IMG/VR virus record: IMGVR_UViG_3300025127_000014
Direction: 5' to 3' (one strand)
DNA from: an uncultured virus (IMG/VR IMGVR_UViG_3300025127_000014)
Lineage: Duplodnaviria > Heunggongvirae > Uroviricota > Caudoviricetes
Length of the DNA stretch: 64,000 bases
Part shown: piece by piece, positions 19,915 to 29,122 of the stretch
Position numbering within the stretch: position 1 is the stretch's first letter
Layout: each line of letters begins with the position of its first letter
The notes under the pieces: model-generated
What the model saw: the letters and a program-made list of their open reading frames with translations, nothing else
The model's database searches: none
What the model was told of the DNA's origin: nothing
Program-made: the position numbers and the translations under genes

Positions 19915-20323
19915 TCTTTTGCTAATGTTGACAATGGCAGTCGGAGCAACTGAGCCGGCCAAGTTTACAGTTTTAGAATATAAAGCACCCGCACCGTTTG
20001 CAGGTGTATTGTTCGATGAATACGCCATGGCACAAATTATGGCAGACTATGATATTTTAAAGTATTCTTGTGATATAAGAACTGATTATCAACTAAAAAT
20101 ACAAAAAGAAGAATATGAATTTAAATTAGAAAACCTGAGAATTGAGCATAAAGCCTTAACAGATGAGTATGATTTGTTTATAATGCAGAAAGATAAAGAA
20201 ATTGATTTATTGGCTAAAGCACTAAAAAAAACTTCACCCCGGCACAAATGGTTATATTTTGCTGGTGGGATCCTAGTTGGTACTGCGGCATCATATGGAG
20301 CATATAGAGCATTTAATGAGTAA
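19904..20323 (+). CDS. Signal peptide + coiled coil + C-terminal TM protein
   Basis: MFLNLLLMLTMAVGA signal-like N-terminus, APAPFAGVL, coiled coil, WLYFAGGILVGTAASYG. Confidence 0.6.
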   Translation: MFLNLLLMLTMAVGATEPAKFTVLEYKAPAPFAGVLFDEYAMAQIMADYDILKYSCDIRTDYQLKIQKEEYEFKLENLRIEHKALTDEYDLFIMQKDKEIDLLAKALKKTSPRHKWLYFAGGILVGTAASYGAYRAFNE

Positions 20324-20705
20324 AAATTATGATCAAATAGCTGCTGTTGAGAAAGCTATATCTGAGAAATACGGCGCCGAGGCTGTTCAGAATCCCAGAG
20401 CGAATTGGAACGAAGAAAAAGAGAAGGAATATCTTCAGCAAATGAAGGCCTTATATCGAAAAACTAAGCGAAATGATGAGTCTAGTGAGAAAATTGATGT
20501 AAATGGCATAAAGGTCAGTAAAAAACTACTTAATAGAGAATCCATTCAGTCTTGCCCAGTCTGCGGACAATTTCCTAAAAAATCTATGGATAATGTCTGC
20601 TTAGTTAAATTTGAATGTTGCCATGGTTGCTACATTAAATTTGTTGAAGGGCGTGAGGAAAGGTGGAGTAAAGGATGGCGCCCAGATGAAAATTACAAAA
20701 AATGA
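20316..20705 (+). CDS. Hypothetical zinc-binding protein
   Basis: CPVC and CCHGC motifs; start reassigned to the ATG at 20316. Confidence 0.65.
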   Translation: MSKNYDQIAAVEKAISEKYGAEAVQNPRANWNEEKEKEYLQQMKALYRKTKRNDESSEKIDVNGIKVSKKLLNRESIQSCPVCGQFPKKSMDNVCLVKFECCHGCYIKFVEGREERWSKGWRPDENYKK

Positions 20706-21264
20706 TATCAAGAAAGCTATTTTAGAATCTCTTGAAGAACAAAGCCCGTTAGACGTAAAAAAAGATCGTACTAGCGCAGGTGTTGGTAAAGCTACTAAAC
20801 AAACGCGTGATGCTACCAAGGCAACAGCCGGCGAAATTAGCCCGCAAGAACGCAACATAGCTGCAAAAGTTTACGAGTATATGCTTCAGTTGGCCGCCGA
20901 AGAAGGTATGGATTTAAATACAAAAAGAAATGTGATACAAATTGTTTTTGATCTGCTTGATAAAAGACTGAAGCCCGGCGGTGCAAGCGCAGATTCAGCT
21001 CCCGCTGATGGCGAAACCGTTACAACTGAAGGCTGCGGCCCTGTTACTCCTGAACCTCGCCAGATGTCACAGGATTATGATGATGAGTCTCAAATGGCCA
21101 AATCACAACTATATAGAACCGCTGAGTATGCTTCTGAATTAGAACAGATGATACAAGATGGTGAACAATTGGATGCGTGGGTTCAGTCTAAAATCACCAA
21201 AGCGTCTGATTACCTTTCTTCAGTTAAACACTATTTATATTACAAGAATGTCAAAGGAGACTAG
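20686..21264 (+). CDS. Putative internal head protein with MKITKNDIKKAILE leader
   Basis: Leader variant; C-terminal ESQMAKSQL...DAWVQSKITKASDYLSSVKHYL helical domain; start reassigned to 20686. Confidence 0.7.
   Translation: MKITKNDIKKAILESLEEQSPLDVKKDRTSAGVGKATKQTRDATKATAGEISPQERNIAAKVYEYMLQLAAEEGMDLNTKRNVIQIVFDLLDKRLKPGGASADSAPADGETVTTEGCGPVTPEPRQMSQDYDDESQMAKSQLYRTAEYASELEQMIQDGEQLDAWVQSKITKASDYLSSVKHYLYYKNVKGD
21230..21237 (+). promoter_or_regulatory. Putative late promoter box ACTATTTA
   Basis: About 30 nt upstream of the ATG at 21267. Confidence 0.55.
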
Positions 21265-21266
21265 TA

Positions 21267-21815
21267 ATGGCAACAGTTTACGAAATTATACAAGGTTTAT
21301 CACAAGCCGCAGCTAATGCATACGATGGAGCATTAGACGAAAATGGGGAGCCTGTGGTAGCAGGTCTTCGGCGTGAAGAGGGTAGGCCCCTAATTGACAA
21401 AAGAGTTATGGATGGCTTTAATATTAATTTCAATGGAAACATGATGTGTCTCGGGTTTCACTCAGAAGTGCAACTTCGTGAAGTTTACGCTAATGGTTTT
21501 GAACAAGAAATTGAGCAAAGAATTGCCGATGTTGTAAAATTTTTAAAGAAAGAGTACAAAAAGATTACTGGCTCAGGCGTCACACTTACTAAGCATGGTG
21601 AAGTAGATGTTCGTGTTGAGAATTCATCTAGAGTCAGAAGCTGGGTTACAGCTAAGATGTATTATAAAGTTGGTGGATTATCTGAGGATATGGCACACAA
21701 TGTCGCGTCCGAAGATCGCCTTGAAGATAATTTTAGAAAGTTTCTTGACCAAGGTGGCTGGAACGGCGATGGAGGCAAGCGTCCACAAAACGATACCAGA
21801 AAAAAGGAATCGTAA
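21267..21815 (+). CDS. Hypothetical protein (head morphogenesis cluster)
   Basis: 182 aa ORF with AGGAG RBS; FRKFLD motif near the C-terminus. Confidence 0.75.
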   Translation: MATVYEIIQGLSQAAANAYDGALDENGEPVVAGLRREEGRPLIDKRVMDGFNINFNGNMMCLGFHSEVQLREVYANGFEQEIEQRIADVVKFLKKEYKKITGSGVTLTKHGEVDVRVENSSRVRSWVTAKMYYKVGGLSEDMAHNVASEDRLEDNFRKFLDQGGWNGDGGKRPQNDTRKKES

Positions 21816-21816
21816 A

Positions 21817-22203
21817 ATGAAAATCGCAAAGTCAAGACTGAAGCAAATTATTAAAGAAGAATTGCAAAGTGATCCTGCTCTCACCAAAGCAATTGATAAA
21901 TTGGCCGACAAGATTGACAGTCTTGATGTTAGCATTGACTTTCTATCTGCTGCAATTGTGGGCGGTGATCCAATTGCAATCTCTACCGGTCAACGAGCCC
22001 GTGGAAGAGCGTATAAACCTACAGCCAATATTTCAGCTAAATTAAATGAAAGTGAATATGCTGGAGCAAGTTGTCAAGACATTGAACAAAAGTTGGAAAC
22101 ATTGAAAAGCGATTCTAACAATTCTGATGATGATTTAAAAATTCAAAATGAGATAGATGTTTTATCAAATCTTTTGACAATCAAAGGTTGTAAGGGTTTG
22201 TAG
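21817..22203 (+). CDS. Putative internal head protein with MKIAKSRLKQIIKEE leader
   Basis: AAGGA RBS; start reassigned from 21607 to 21817. Confidence 0.7.
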   Translation: MKIAKSRLKQIIKEELQSDPALTKAIDKLADKIDSLDVSIDFLSAAIVGGDPIAISTGQRARGRAYKPTANISAKLNESEYAGASCQDIEQKLETLKSDSNNSDDDLKIQNEIDVLSNLLTIKGCKGL

Positions 22204-22206
22204 ACA

Positions 22207-22647
22207 ATGAAATTGACTAAATCTCAAATTAAAAAAATTATTATTGAGGAATACCTAAAAGAGACTTTTATAACTGAAGCCATGAGTAGAGAAAAGGCTG
22301 ACGAAGTTATTGCTTGGATTAAAGGCGATGCCCCTAGGCCAAGCTGGTTAACTGATGATTACGGTAAGAGTGGAGCACCAAAGTCTGGTCAATCTCCGCA
22401 TGATGCAGAAGTTGACAGGGCGGCGGATACAATGCCCTTTGGTATGGATTCAGAACCACAGTCCAGTTTAGGTTCGGTACAAGATCAAGTCACAGCTTTA
22501 GTACAAGACATGCAGCCAGACGAGATGGTTGATTTGTTTACCTCCGTGATTGAAAAATTAGCACCTGATTATATTGAGCCTCCACGTAGACAAATTGGGT
22601 TTAGAGAAATCAAGTCTATGGTTGAAGAGGCACTGAAAGATGTATGA
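22207..22647 (+). CDS. Putative internal head protein with MKLTKSQIKKIIIEE leader
   Basis: Leader motif plus C-terminal EIKSMVEEALKD. Confidence 0.7.
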   Translation: MKLTKSQIKKIIIEEYLKETFITEAMSREKADEVIAWIKGDAPRPSWLTDDYGKSGAPKSGQSPHDAEVDRAADTMPFGMDSEPQSSLGSVQDQVTALVQDMQPDEMVDLFTSVIEKLAPDYIEPPRRQIGFREIKSMVEEALKDV

Positions 22648-24227
22648 GCTTCAAATTAACAAAAAAACAAATATTAAAAGAAGTAGTTAAATGCGGCAAA
22701 GACCCCTCGTACTTTCTTAAAACTTACGCACGTATATCTCATCCGATGCATGGGCTAATTCTTTTTAATACTTTTGATTATCAAGATGAGCTGTTAAAAG
22801 ATTTTAACGATTATCGGTTTAATATAATTAACAAAGGCCGGCAGCTTGGTATATCTACTCTAACTGCTGGATACATTGTTTGGATGATGTTGTTTCATCG
22901 CGATAAGTCTATCCTTGTTATGGCTACTAAGTTTGAAACAGCTGGGAACCTTGTGCGTAAAGTCAAAAGCATCATGAAGAATTTACCAGACTGGATTCGG
23001 ATTGCTGAGATTTCAACAGACAATCGCACATCATTTGAACTGTCAAACGGCTCAACAATTAAGGCTGCATCAACATCTGGTGATGCAGGTCGATCAGAAG
23101 CTCTGTCACTTTTGGTTTTGGATGAGGCTGCACATATCGACGGCCTTGAAGATTTGTGGACTGGTTTGTATCCTACACTTTCTACTGGTGGTCGATGCAT
23201 CGCGATATCTACCCCCAATGGTGTTGGTAATTGGTTTCACAAAAATTGTATTGGCGCTGAGACTAAAGAAAATAATTTTAACCTTACAACACTAATGTGG
23301 GATGTACACCCAGAGCGAGATGAGGAATGGTTTAAAAAAGAAACCAAAAATATGTCACGCAGACAAATCGCTCAAGAACTTGAATGCAATTTCAACACAT
23401 CGGGTGAGACTGTGATTGATCCGGGTGCTTTAGAGTGGATTACTTCAAACATTACTGAGCCTAAGTATAGAACCGCATTTGATCGCAATTTTTGGATTTG
23501 GGAAGAGTATGACCCATCATCTACATATTTACTGACTGCTGATGTGGCCCGCGGTGATGGCGCCGACTACTCTACATTCCACATAATTAAGCTAGAAACT
23601 TTGCAAGTAGTGGGAGAGTATCAAGGTAAACCAACACCTGATTTGTATGCCAATATGTTAAATCAGATTGGAAGAGAGTTTGGAAATGCTATGGTTGTAA
23701 TTGAAAATAATAGTATTGGATATACTGTGCTAGACAAGTTAGTTGACTATGCATATCCTAATATATATTATTCTGTGAAGTCAACACATGAATACATAGA
23801 GCAGCACATGGCTGAACACAGAACGTCTGCAGTGGCCGGTTTTACAACATCATCTAAGACTAGGCCGCTTGTAGTTGCTAAATTAGAAGAGTTTATAAGA
23901 AACAAACTAATTACTACGTATTCATCCCGTTTGGCAAATGAATTGAGAACATTTATTTGGACAAATGGTAAACCCCAAGCATTAAAAGGATATAACGATG
24001 ATTTAGTTATGGCATTAGCAATCGCCTGTTGGGTTAGAGACACTGCCCTGCAAACAAATCAAAGAGATTTGAACTACAAGAAGGCTTTTGTTGATGCTAT
24101 AATAACATCACGAACCAGTTTTGACACAAAAATTAAAGGACAGATCGGCTATAAAGAGGATGGCGTTTTAGATAAAATGTCAGATGCCGAGAACATGTAC
24201 AAAGAATTTATGTGGATTATAAAGTGA
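22644..24227 (+). CDS. terL: Terminase large subunit (T4 gp17-like)
   Basis: KGRQLGIS Walker A variant, LVLDEAAH Walker B, ISTPNG coupling motif; nuclease motifs ADVARGDGADYS, IENN and NDDLVMA. Confidence 0.95.
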   Translation: MSFKLTKKQILKEVVKCGKDPSYFLKTYARISHPMHGLILFNTFDYQDELLKDFNDYRFNIINKGRQLGISTLTAGYIVWMMLFHRDKSILVMATKFETAGNLVRKVKSIMKNLPDWIRIAEISTDNRTSFELSNGSTIKAASTSGDAGRSEALSLLVLDEAAHIDGLEDLWTGLYPTLSTGGRCIAISTPNGVGNWFHKNCIGAETKENNFNLTTLMWDVHPERDEEWFKKETKNMSRRQIAQELECNFNTSGETVIDPGALEWITSNITEPKYRTAFDRNFWIWEEYDPSSTYLLTADVARGDGADYSTFHIIKLETLQVVGEYQGKPTPDLYANMLNQIGREFGNAMVVIENNSIGYTVLDKLVDYAYPNIYYSVKSTHEYIEQHMAEHRTSAVAGFTTSSKTRPLVVAKLEEFIRNKLITTYSSRLANELRTFIWTNGKPQALKGYNDDLVMALAIACWVRDTALQTNQRDLNYKKAFVDAIITSRTSFDTKIKGQIGYKEDGVLDKMSDAENMYKEFMWIIK

Positions 24228-24235
24228 GAATTTAA

Positions 24236-26227
24236 ATGGCACCCAACAACCCAAGAAAAGGCAAAAACCCAGCGAATCAAGAATCAGAGCTTTTTAAAAG
24301 ACTAACCCGTCTTTTTTCCGGCCCAATCGTTAATTACCGTTCTCAATCAGGCCGGAAAATTAGAAGACAACATTTAGATAAGTTTTCATCTAGATTTAAA
24401 TCAGCTTCTGGTCAACAGTTTAAGAAATCAACTTACAACCCTCTAGATCAAATTGCTGCAAATGCTATTGGTAACCAAAGAAGAAGTGAGAGATATATTG
24501 ATTTTGATCAGATGGAGTATATGCCAGAGATTGCTTCATCGCTTGATATCTATGCTGATGAAATGACCACCTTTTCTGCACTCCGTCCTATGTTGAACAT
24601 CAACTGTTCAAATGAAGAGATTAAAGCTGTGCTTGATCTTTTGTATCACAATGTTTTAAATATTGAATATAATCTTTTTGGCTGGTGTAGAACAATGTGC
24701 AAGTACGGTGACTTTATGTTGTACTTAGATATCGATGATAAAATGGGCGTACAATCTACTATTGCTCTACCACTTCAAGAAGTTGAAAGATTAGAAGGCA
24801 TGGATGCCACTAATCCTAACTATGTTCAATATCAATGGAATTCTGCTGGCATGACTTTTGAAAATTGGCAGGTGGCGCATTTTCGAATTTTAGGCAATGA
24901 CAAATACTCTCCGTATGGCACATCTGTCCTCGAACCGGCCCGTCGAATATGGAGGCAATTGACACTAATGGAAGATGCGATGATGGCATATCGTGTTGTT
25001 CGTTCATCGGAGCGTCGTGTGTTTAAGATTGATGTCGGGGCTGTGCCTCCGCAAGATGTTGAGGGATATATGCAGAAAATTGTTACACAGTTGAAGCGAC
25101 ACTCAATTGTTAATAAGGATACAGGTCGAGTTGATTTAAGGTATAACCCACTTTCAATCGAAGAAGATTACTACATTCCGGTGCGTGCAGGCTCAGCAAC
25201 TGATATACAAAACCTTGCCGGTGGGTCAAACACTACTGAAATTGATGACATTAAATATTTGAGAGACAAATTATTCTCAGCCCTTAAGGTGCCTCAGTCA
25301 TACTTGTCGATGGGCGAAGGTGCCACCGAAGATAAAACAACGCTAGCGCAGAAAGATATTCGCTTTGCGCGCACAGTGCAGAGATTACAAAGGACTGTTA
25401 TACATGAACTCGAAAAAATTGGAATCATCCATCTTTATACTCTTGGTTTCCGTGGAGATGATCTTATTAATTTCAAACTTGCTTTGAACAATCCATCTAA
25501 GATTGCGGAGCTACAAGAGCTTGAACATTGGAAAGCCAAGTTCGATATCGCCGGCGCTGCTACAGAAGGCTACTTCTCTAGGCGCTGGGTGTCTGATAAC
25601 ATCTTTAACATGTCACATGAAGAATTTGTAAGATGTCAAAGAGAATTGTATTACGATCGTAAACATGATGCATCTCTTCAGGCTGTGGCCGAGGGTCAAG
25701 CGGCCGCTGGCGCTGGTGGAGGTGGTGGCTTAGATCTTGGTGGTGATACTGGTGGCGGAGGTCTTGACCTCGGTGGTGATGCCGGCGGTGACGCCGGCGG
25801 CGGCTTAGATCTCGGTGGTGATGATACTCCTGCTGCAGATGCTGGAGGCGGAGATGACGCCGGCGGTGGAGATGACACATTGTTAGCCGCGCCACCGGGC
25901 ACTCGCAACGCTCCAAGGATAACACCCGGCGCCAAGGGTAAAGTTTACTATCCACAAAAAACAGATTCTAGACCATCGGGCGCCCGTACAAGAAATTACT
26001 CAAAGATTGCAACGCCTGAAACCAACACATATAGAACTAACAATTTAGGTGGCTCAGAACTTAGATCACTATCAAGAGGCATTTATGAGGAAGAAGAGCC
26101 TATTTACTCACTGAGAGAGAGAAATGAAGAACAAAAATTATTACAAGTTGATAATTCTATTCTAAGTTTGCTTGAAGATTTACAAAACAAAAAAGACTTG
26201 ATTACGGAGCAAAATGATGAAAGTTAA
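24236..26227 (+). CDS. Portal protein (T4 gp20-like)
   Basis: PEIASSLDIYADE, QLTLMEDAMMAYRVVRSSERRVFKIDVG, EEDYYIP and DDIKYLRDKLFSALKVP; follows terminase. Confidence 0.93.
   Translation: MAPNNPRKGKNPANQESELFKRLTRLFSGPIVNYRSQSGRKIRRQHLDKFSSRFKSASGQQFKKSTYNPLDQIAANAIGNQRRSERYIDFDQMEYMPEIASSLDIYADEMTTFSALRPMLNINCSNEEIKAVLDLLYHNVLNIEYNLFGWCRTMCKYGDFMLYLDIDDKMGVQSTIALPLQEVERLEGMDATNPNYVQYQWNSAGMTFENWQVAHFRILGNDKYSPYGTSVLEPARRIWRQLTLMEDAMMAYRVVRSSERRVFKIDVGAVPPQDVEGYMQKIVTQLKRHSIVNKDTGRVDLRYNPLSIEEDYYIPVRAGSATDIQNLAGGSNTTEIDDIKYLRDKLFSALKVPQSYLSMGEGATEDKTTLAQKDIRFARTVQRLQRTVIHELEKIGIIHLYTLGFRGDDLINFKLALNNPSKIAELQELEHWKAKFDIAGAATEGYFSRRWVSDNIFNMSHEEFVRCQRELYYDRKHDASLQAVAEGQAAAGAGGGGGLDLGGDTGGGGLDLGGDAGGDAGGGLDLGGDDTPAADAGGGDDAGGGDDTLLAAPPGTRNAPRITPGAKGKVYYPQKTDSRPSGARTRNYSKIATPETNTYRTNNLGGSELRSLSRGIYEEEEPIYSLRERNEEQKLLQVDNSILSLLEDLQNKKDLITEQNDES
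25715..25875 (+). repeat. Gly/Asp-rich coding repeat (GGGLDLGGD x3) in the portal C-terminal tail
   Basis: Three imperfect copies of GGCTTAGATCTTGGTGGTGAT followed by AGGGDD x2. Confidence 0.8.
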
Positions 26228-27047
26228 ACACAACAAAAAACGTAATACAGCGTTTGTATATGAAGCTTTAATTAATGAAGCAACTGTTGCTGTACTGAAA
26301 GATGATCACAAAAGAAGTAAAAAGGCGGTTGACTTGGTTCGTAAGCATTTTAGCAGCGATTCAAATTTGAAAAGAGACTTAGAGTGCTATAGATCTCTTT
26401 ACGAAAATCAAAATCTTGATATAGAAATTAGTAAACAAATATTAAAAGAAGCAAATATCTCAAAAAGACTAATCGATCCAGTCGGATTATTCGATGAACA
26501 AACCGATATTATTAATGATGTCAATAAAAATTTGTCACCTTCTGTTTTCAATAATTTTGTTCCAAATTATAAATCACTTGCTACTATTAATAAAATGTTT
26601 AACACTACATCTCCAAAGGAAAAAGTTATTTTAGAATCAAAAATAGTTGAAAACATGTCTACTTCATCTGAATTAGATCATGAGCATCCTGTTGTAGATA
26701 ATCTTGTTTATAAAACTTTTGTTGATAAGTTTAACAAAAAATACCAAGATGACTTATTAGAAGAGCAAAAATATTTGTTGTCACATTATATCTCGTCATT
26801 TGCTGACAATTCAATTGAACTAAAAATCTTCTTAAATGAAGAGATAGGCCGGCTAAAAGAAAAATTAGAAGAGGCCAAAAATCTGGATGAGATCAAGACC
26901 GACGCGTCAATGTCTGACAAGACCGAAATGATTATTAGTAAACTTAATTCATATTCGAAAGAAACAATTAGCGAAAATGTAATTATGACTGTACTTAAGA
27001 CACAACAACTTGTAAAGGAAATACACGAAGATGGCAGTAGTAGTTAA
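26214..27047 (+). CDS. Hypothetical helical protein, possible prohead core component
   Basis: 277 aa beginning KHNKKRNT; lies between portal and protease. Confidence 0.65.
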   Translation: MMKVKHNKKRNTAFVYEALINEATVAVLKDDHKRSKKAVDLVRKHFSSDSNLKRDLECYRSLYENQNLDIEISKQILKEANISKRLIDPVGLFDEQTDIINDVNKNLSPSVFNNFVPNYKSLATINKMFNTTSPKEKVILESKIVENMSTSSELDHEHPVVDNLVYKTFVDKFNKKYQDDLLEEQKYLLSHYISSFADNSIELKIFLNEEIGRLKEKLEEAKNLDEIKTDASMSDKTEMIISKLNSYSKETISENVIMTVLKTQQLVKEIHEDGSSS

Positions 27048-27609
27048 TCTTATACCTTCAGATGAGCCAATTAAAATTAAAGTTGGTTCAGCGGCTATTA
27101 AGCCTACACCTTCTGTAAAGCTTGAGTTGAATATCCGCAAAAGTTTGAATGGAGACTTGATGATTTTTGATCATGCTGATATTGATATTGTCATGTCATC
27201 GCGAACAAACAAGATTACTGCCTTTCCAAAAGAGACTATGAGTGATATGACATATGGTGCTCAAAATAGGCTATTTAATTATTTAAGAAAAAAAGGTATA
27301 ATAGTTGCTGAATCGGTCCAAGGCGGGTCGTACTACGGTGCTATAGAGGGTACACTACAAGAAGCATATGATGACAAGATTAACTCTGCTAAGTTCGCAC
27401 TTATTAATATTAGCAAATTTATTGAAGAAGAGCGCCCATACTTTGAAAACGTTGAGGCTATTGTTGCCGGCGTTGATGATGATTTCATTGACCCAGACAA
27501 AGCGGATTCAACAGAGCTTGGTGAAGTACCTCAGCAAGTGCAGCAAGGCTCCTTGCGCCCCGGATATGTCAGAGATCCATATCGCTATTCCTACATGTAC
27601 ACTATCTAA
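27031..27609 (+). CDS. Hypothetical protein
   Basis: 192 aa ORF in the head cluster. Confidence 0.75.
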   Translation: MAVVVNLIPSDEPIKIKVGSAAIKPTPSVKLELNIRKSLNGDLMIFDHADIDIVMSSRTNKITAFPKETMSDMTYGAQNRLFNYLRKKGIIVAESVQGGSYYGAIEGTLQEAYDDKINSAKFALINISKFIEEERPYFENVEAIVAGVDDDFIDPDKADSTELGEVPQQVQQGSLRPGYVRDPYRYSYMYTI

Positions 27610-27620
27610 GGAGAGCCCAG

Positions 27621-28127
27621 ATGTCTGAAATGAAAACTATATTAGAAAGATGGGATAGGTATCTGATTCTCGAAAAGAACAATCTTGAGAATGTCAAAAA
27701 CAATCCTCAAGACGTAAAAGCTTTGGGTAATGAACTAGTCAAAGCTGACAAACAAAAATTACAAGGCTTTCTTGATATTGTTTCAAATGATCCAGAAATA
27801 ATGGATTTAATAAAATCATTTGAAGAAATGTCAGATCTTATTGATCAAGATTTACAAGAAAATATACTTGACCAACTCGGTGCCACAGCTTATGTAAAAG
27901 CTCAAAATTTCTTTGAATCTGATTTGGGTCAAAAAATTAAAACTTATGGTGCCCCTGCTGCTGCGATTGCCTATCTTGCTTTTCAACTGACACAAGGTGG
28001 GGACATCGATCCGGAAATTACAAAAGATGCCTTTGAGATTTTAGCTAAAGGTAAAAATCTTAAGGCTGCTGATGTTGTCGGTATGGCTACCGGAATGGAA
28101 ACCGGTATGGTAGAACAGGAAAACTAA
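27621..28127 (+). CDS. Putative internal head protein with MKTILERWDRYLILE leader
   Basis: AAGGAG RBS; leader similar to 16369 and 29115; hydrophobic stretch YGAPAAAIAYLAFQL. Confidence 0.65.
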   Translation: MSEMKTILERWDRYLILEKNNLENVKNNPQDVKALGNELVKADKQKLQGFLDIVSNDPEIMDLIKSFEEMSDLIDQDLQENILDQLGATAYVKAQNFFESDLGQKIKTYGAPAAAIAYLAFQLTQGGDIDPEITKDAFEILAKGKNLKAADVVGMATGMETGMVEQEN

Positions 28128-28492
28128 TGGAATTATTAACTTTTATATTATGTGCTTACGGGCTTACACAAATTTTGGTGTATAGTGACTTACCTCTGTT
28201 GAAAAGATGGCGCCCATCAAAAGACTTCGGTGGTGGTTACGGTAAAGTGTTTCACTGCCCAATGTGTATGGGATTTCACGTTGGGTGGTTTTTAATGCTG
28301 CTTTCTCCATTCACGGAACTATTTAGCTATGATGTTACAGTAGCAAACTTTTTCCTTCTTGGTTGGTTGTCTTCTGGCACATCCTATGTAATGAACATGG
28401 TATTCGGAGATAATGGAGTTAAACATGAACACAAACACGCAAACGAACAGTCTTGCCACTTGGACAAGAAAGTGGATGCTTCAGCCAGTTAG
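28127..28492 (+). CDS. Membrane protein with CxxC (DUF1360-like)
   Basis: Three hydrophobic segments and FHCPMCMGFHVGW. Confidence 0.6.
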   Translation: MELLTFILCAYGLTQILVYSDLPLLKRWRPSKDFGGGYGKVFHCPMCMGFHVGWFLMLLSPFTELFSYDVTVANFFLLGWLSSGTSYVMNMVFGDNGVKHEHKHANEQSCHLDKKVDASAS

Positions 28493-28514
28493 ACACTGCT
28501 GTAAAGGGTCTTAG
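28425..28514 (+). CDS. Candidate 29 aa overlapping microprotein
   Basis: GGAG RBS at 28415; MNTNTQTNSLATWTRKWMLQPVRHCCKGS; stop lies 2 nt before the protease ATG. Confidence 0.45.
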   Translation: MNTNTQTNSLATWTRKWMLQPVRHCCKGS

Positions 28515-28516
28515 CT

Positions 28517-29122
28517 ATGGGTCAGAAGCTACTTAGAGAATTTTATGAGCTGTGCGAAGGCGGCGTATGCCAAGACCTTCTTACTGAGGATGAAAAACGT
28601 TATGTTGCCAACGGCGGCATGATGTTGACTGGTAAGCTCCAAGAGGCTGATGTGCTCAACGGTAATCAGCGCGTATATCCATATAAAGTTTTGGCTAGAG
28701 AAGTTAAGAACTACAAAAAACTTGTTGGTGAAAATAGAGCACTAGGTGAGTTAGATCACCCAGATGATTCAGTTATTAACCTTAAGAATGCTTCGCATCT
28801 TGTGACCGATATTTGGATGGAAGATAAATCTGTGATGGGCAAGGTCAAGGTTTTGAACACTCCGTCAGGTAAGGTTTTACAATCGCTTGTCGAAAGTGGC
28901 GTCAAGCTTGGCATCTCTAGTCGTGGTATGGGCTCTGTTTCTGAATCAAATGACACAACCGTTGTTCAAGAAGATTTCCAATTAATATGTTTTGACTTTG
29001 TTTCTGAACCTTCGACACCAAATGCTTTCATGATGAAAGAAGCAAAAGACTACAACAATCAAGTATTCACCAAAGCCGATCGTATTAACAGACTGTTAAA
29101 CGAGGTTTTGGATAGTGAATAA
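28517..29122 (+). CDS. Prohead protease (T4 gp21-like)
   Basis: NGNQRVYP, RALGELDHP, NASH, LGISSRGMGS and DFVSEPSTPNA motifs. Confidence 0.95.
   Translation: MGQKLLREFYELCEGGVCQDLLTEDEKRYVANGGMMLTGKLQEADVLNGNQRVYPYKVLAREVKNYKKLVGENRALGELDHPDDSVINLKNASHLVTDIWMEDKSVMGKVKVLNTPSGKVLQSLVESGVKLGISSRGMGSVSESNDTTVVQEDFQLICFDFVSEPSTPNAFMMKEAKDYNNQVFTKADRINRLLNEVLDSE

Noticed and set aside
25715..25875. Portal Gly repeat as a diversity-generating or CRISPR-like repeat
   Set aside because: In-frame low-complexity coding repeat; no reverse transcriptase or spacer structure nearby.
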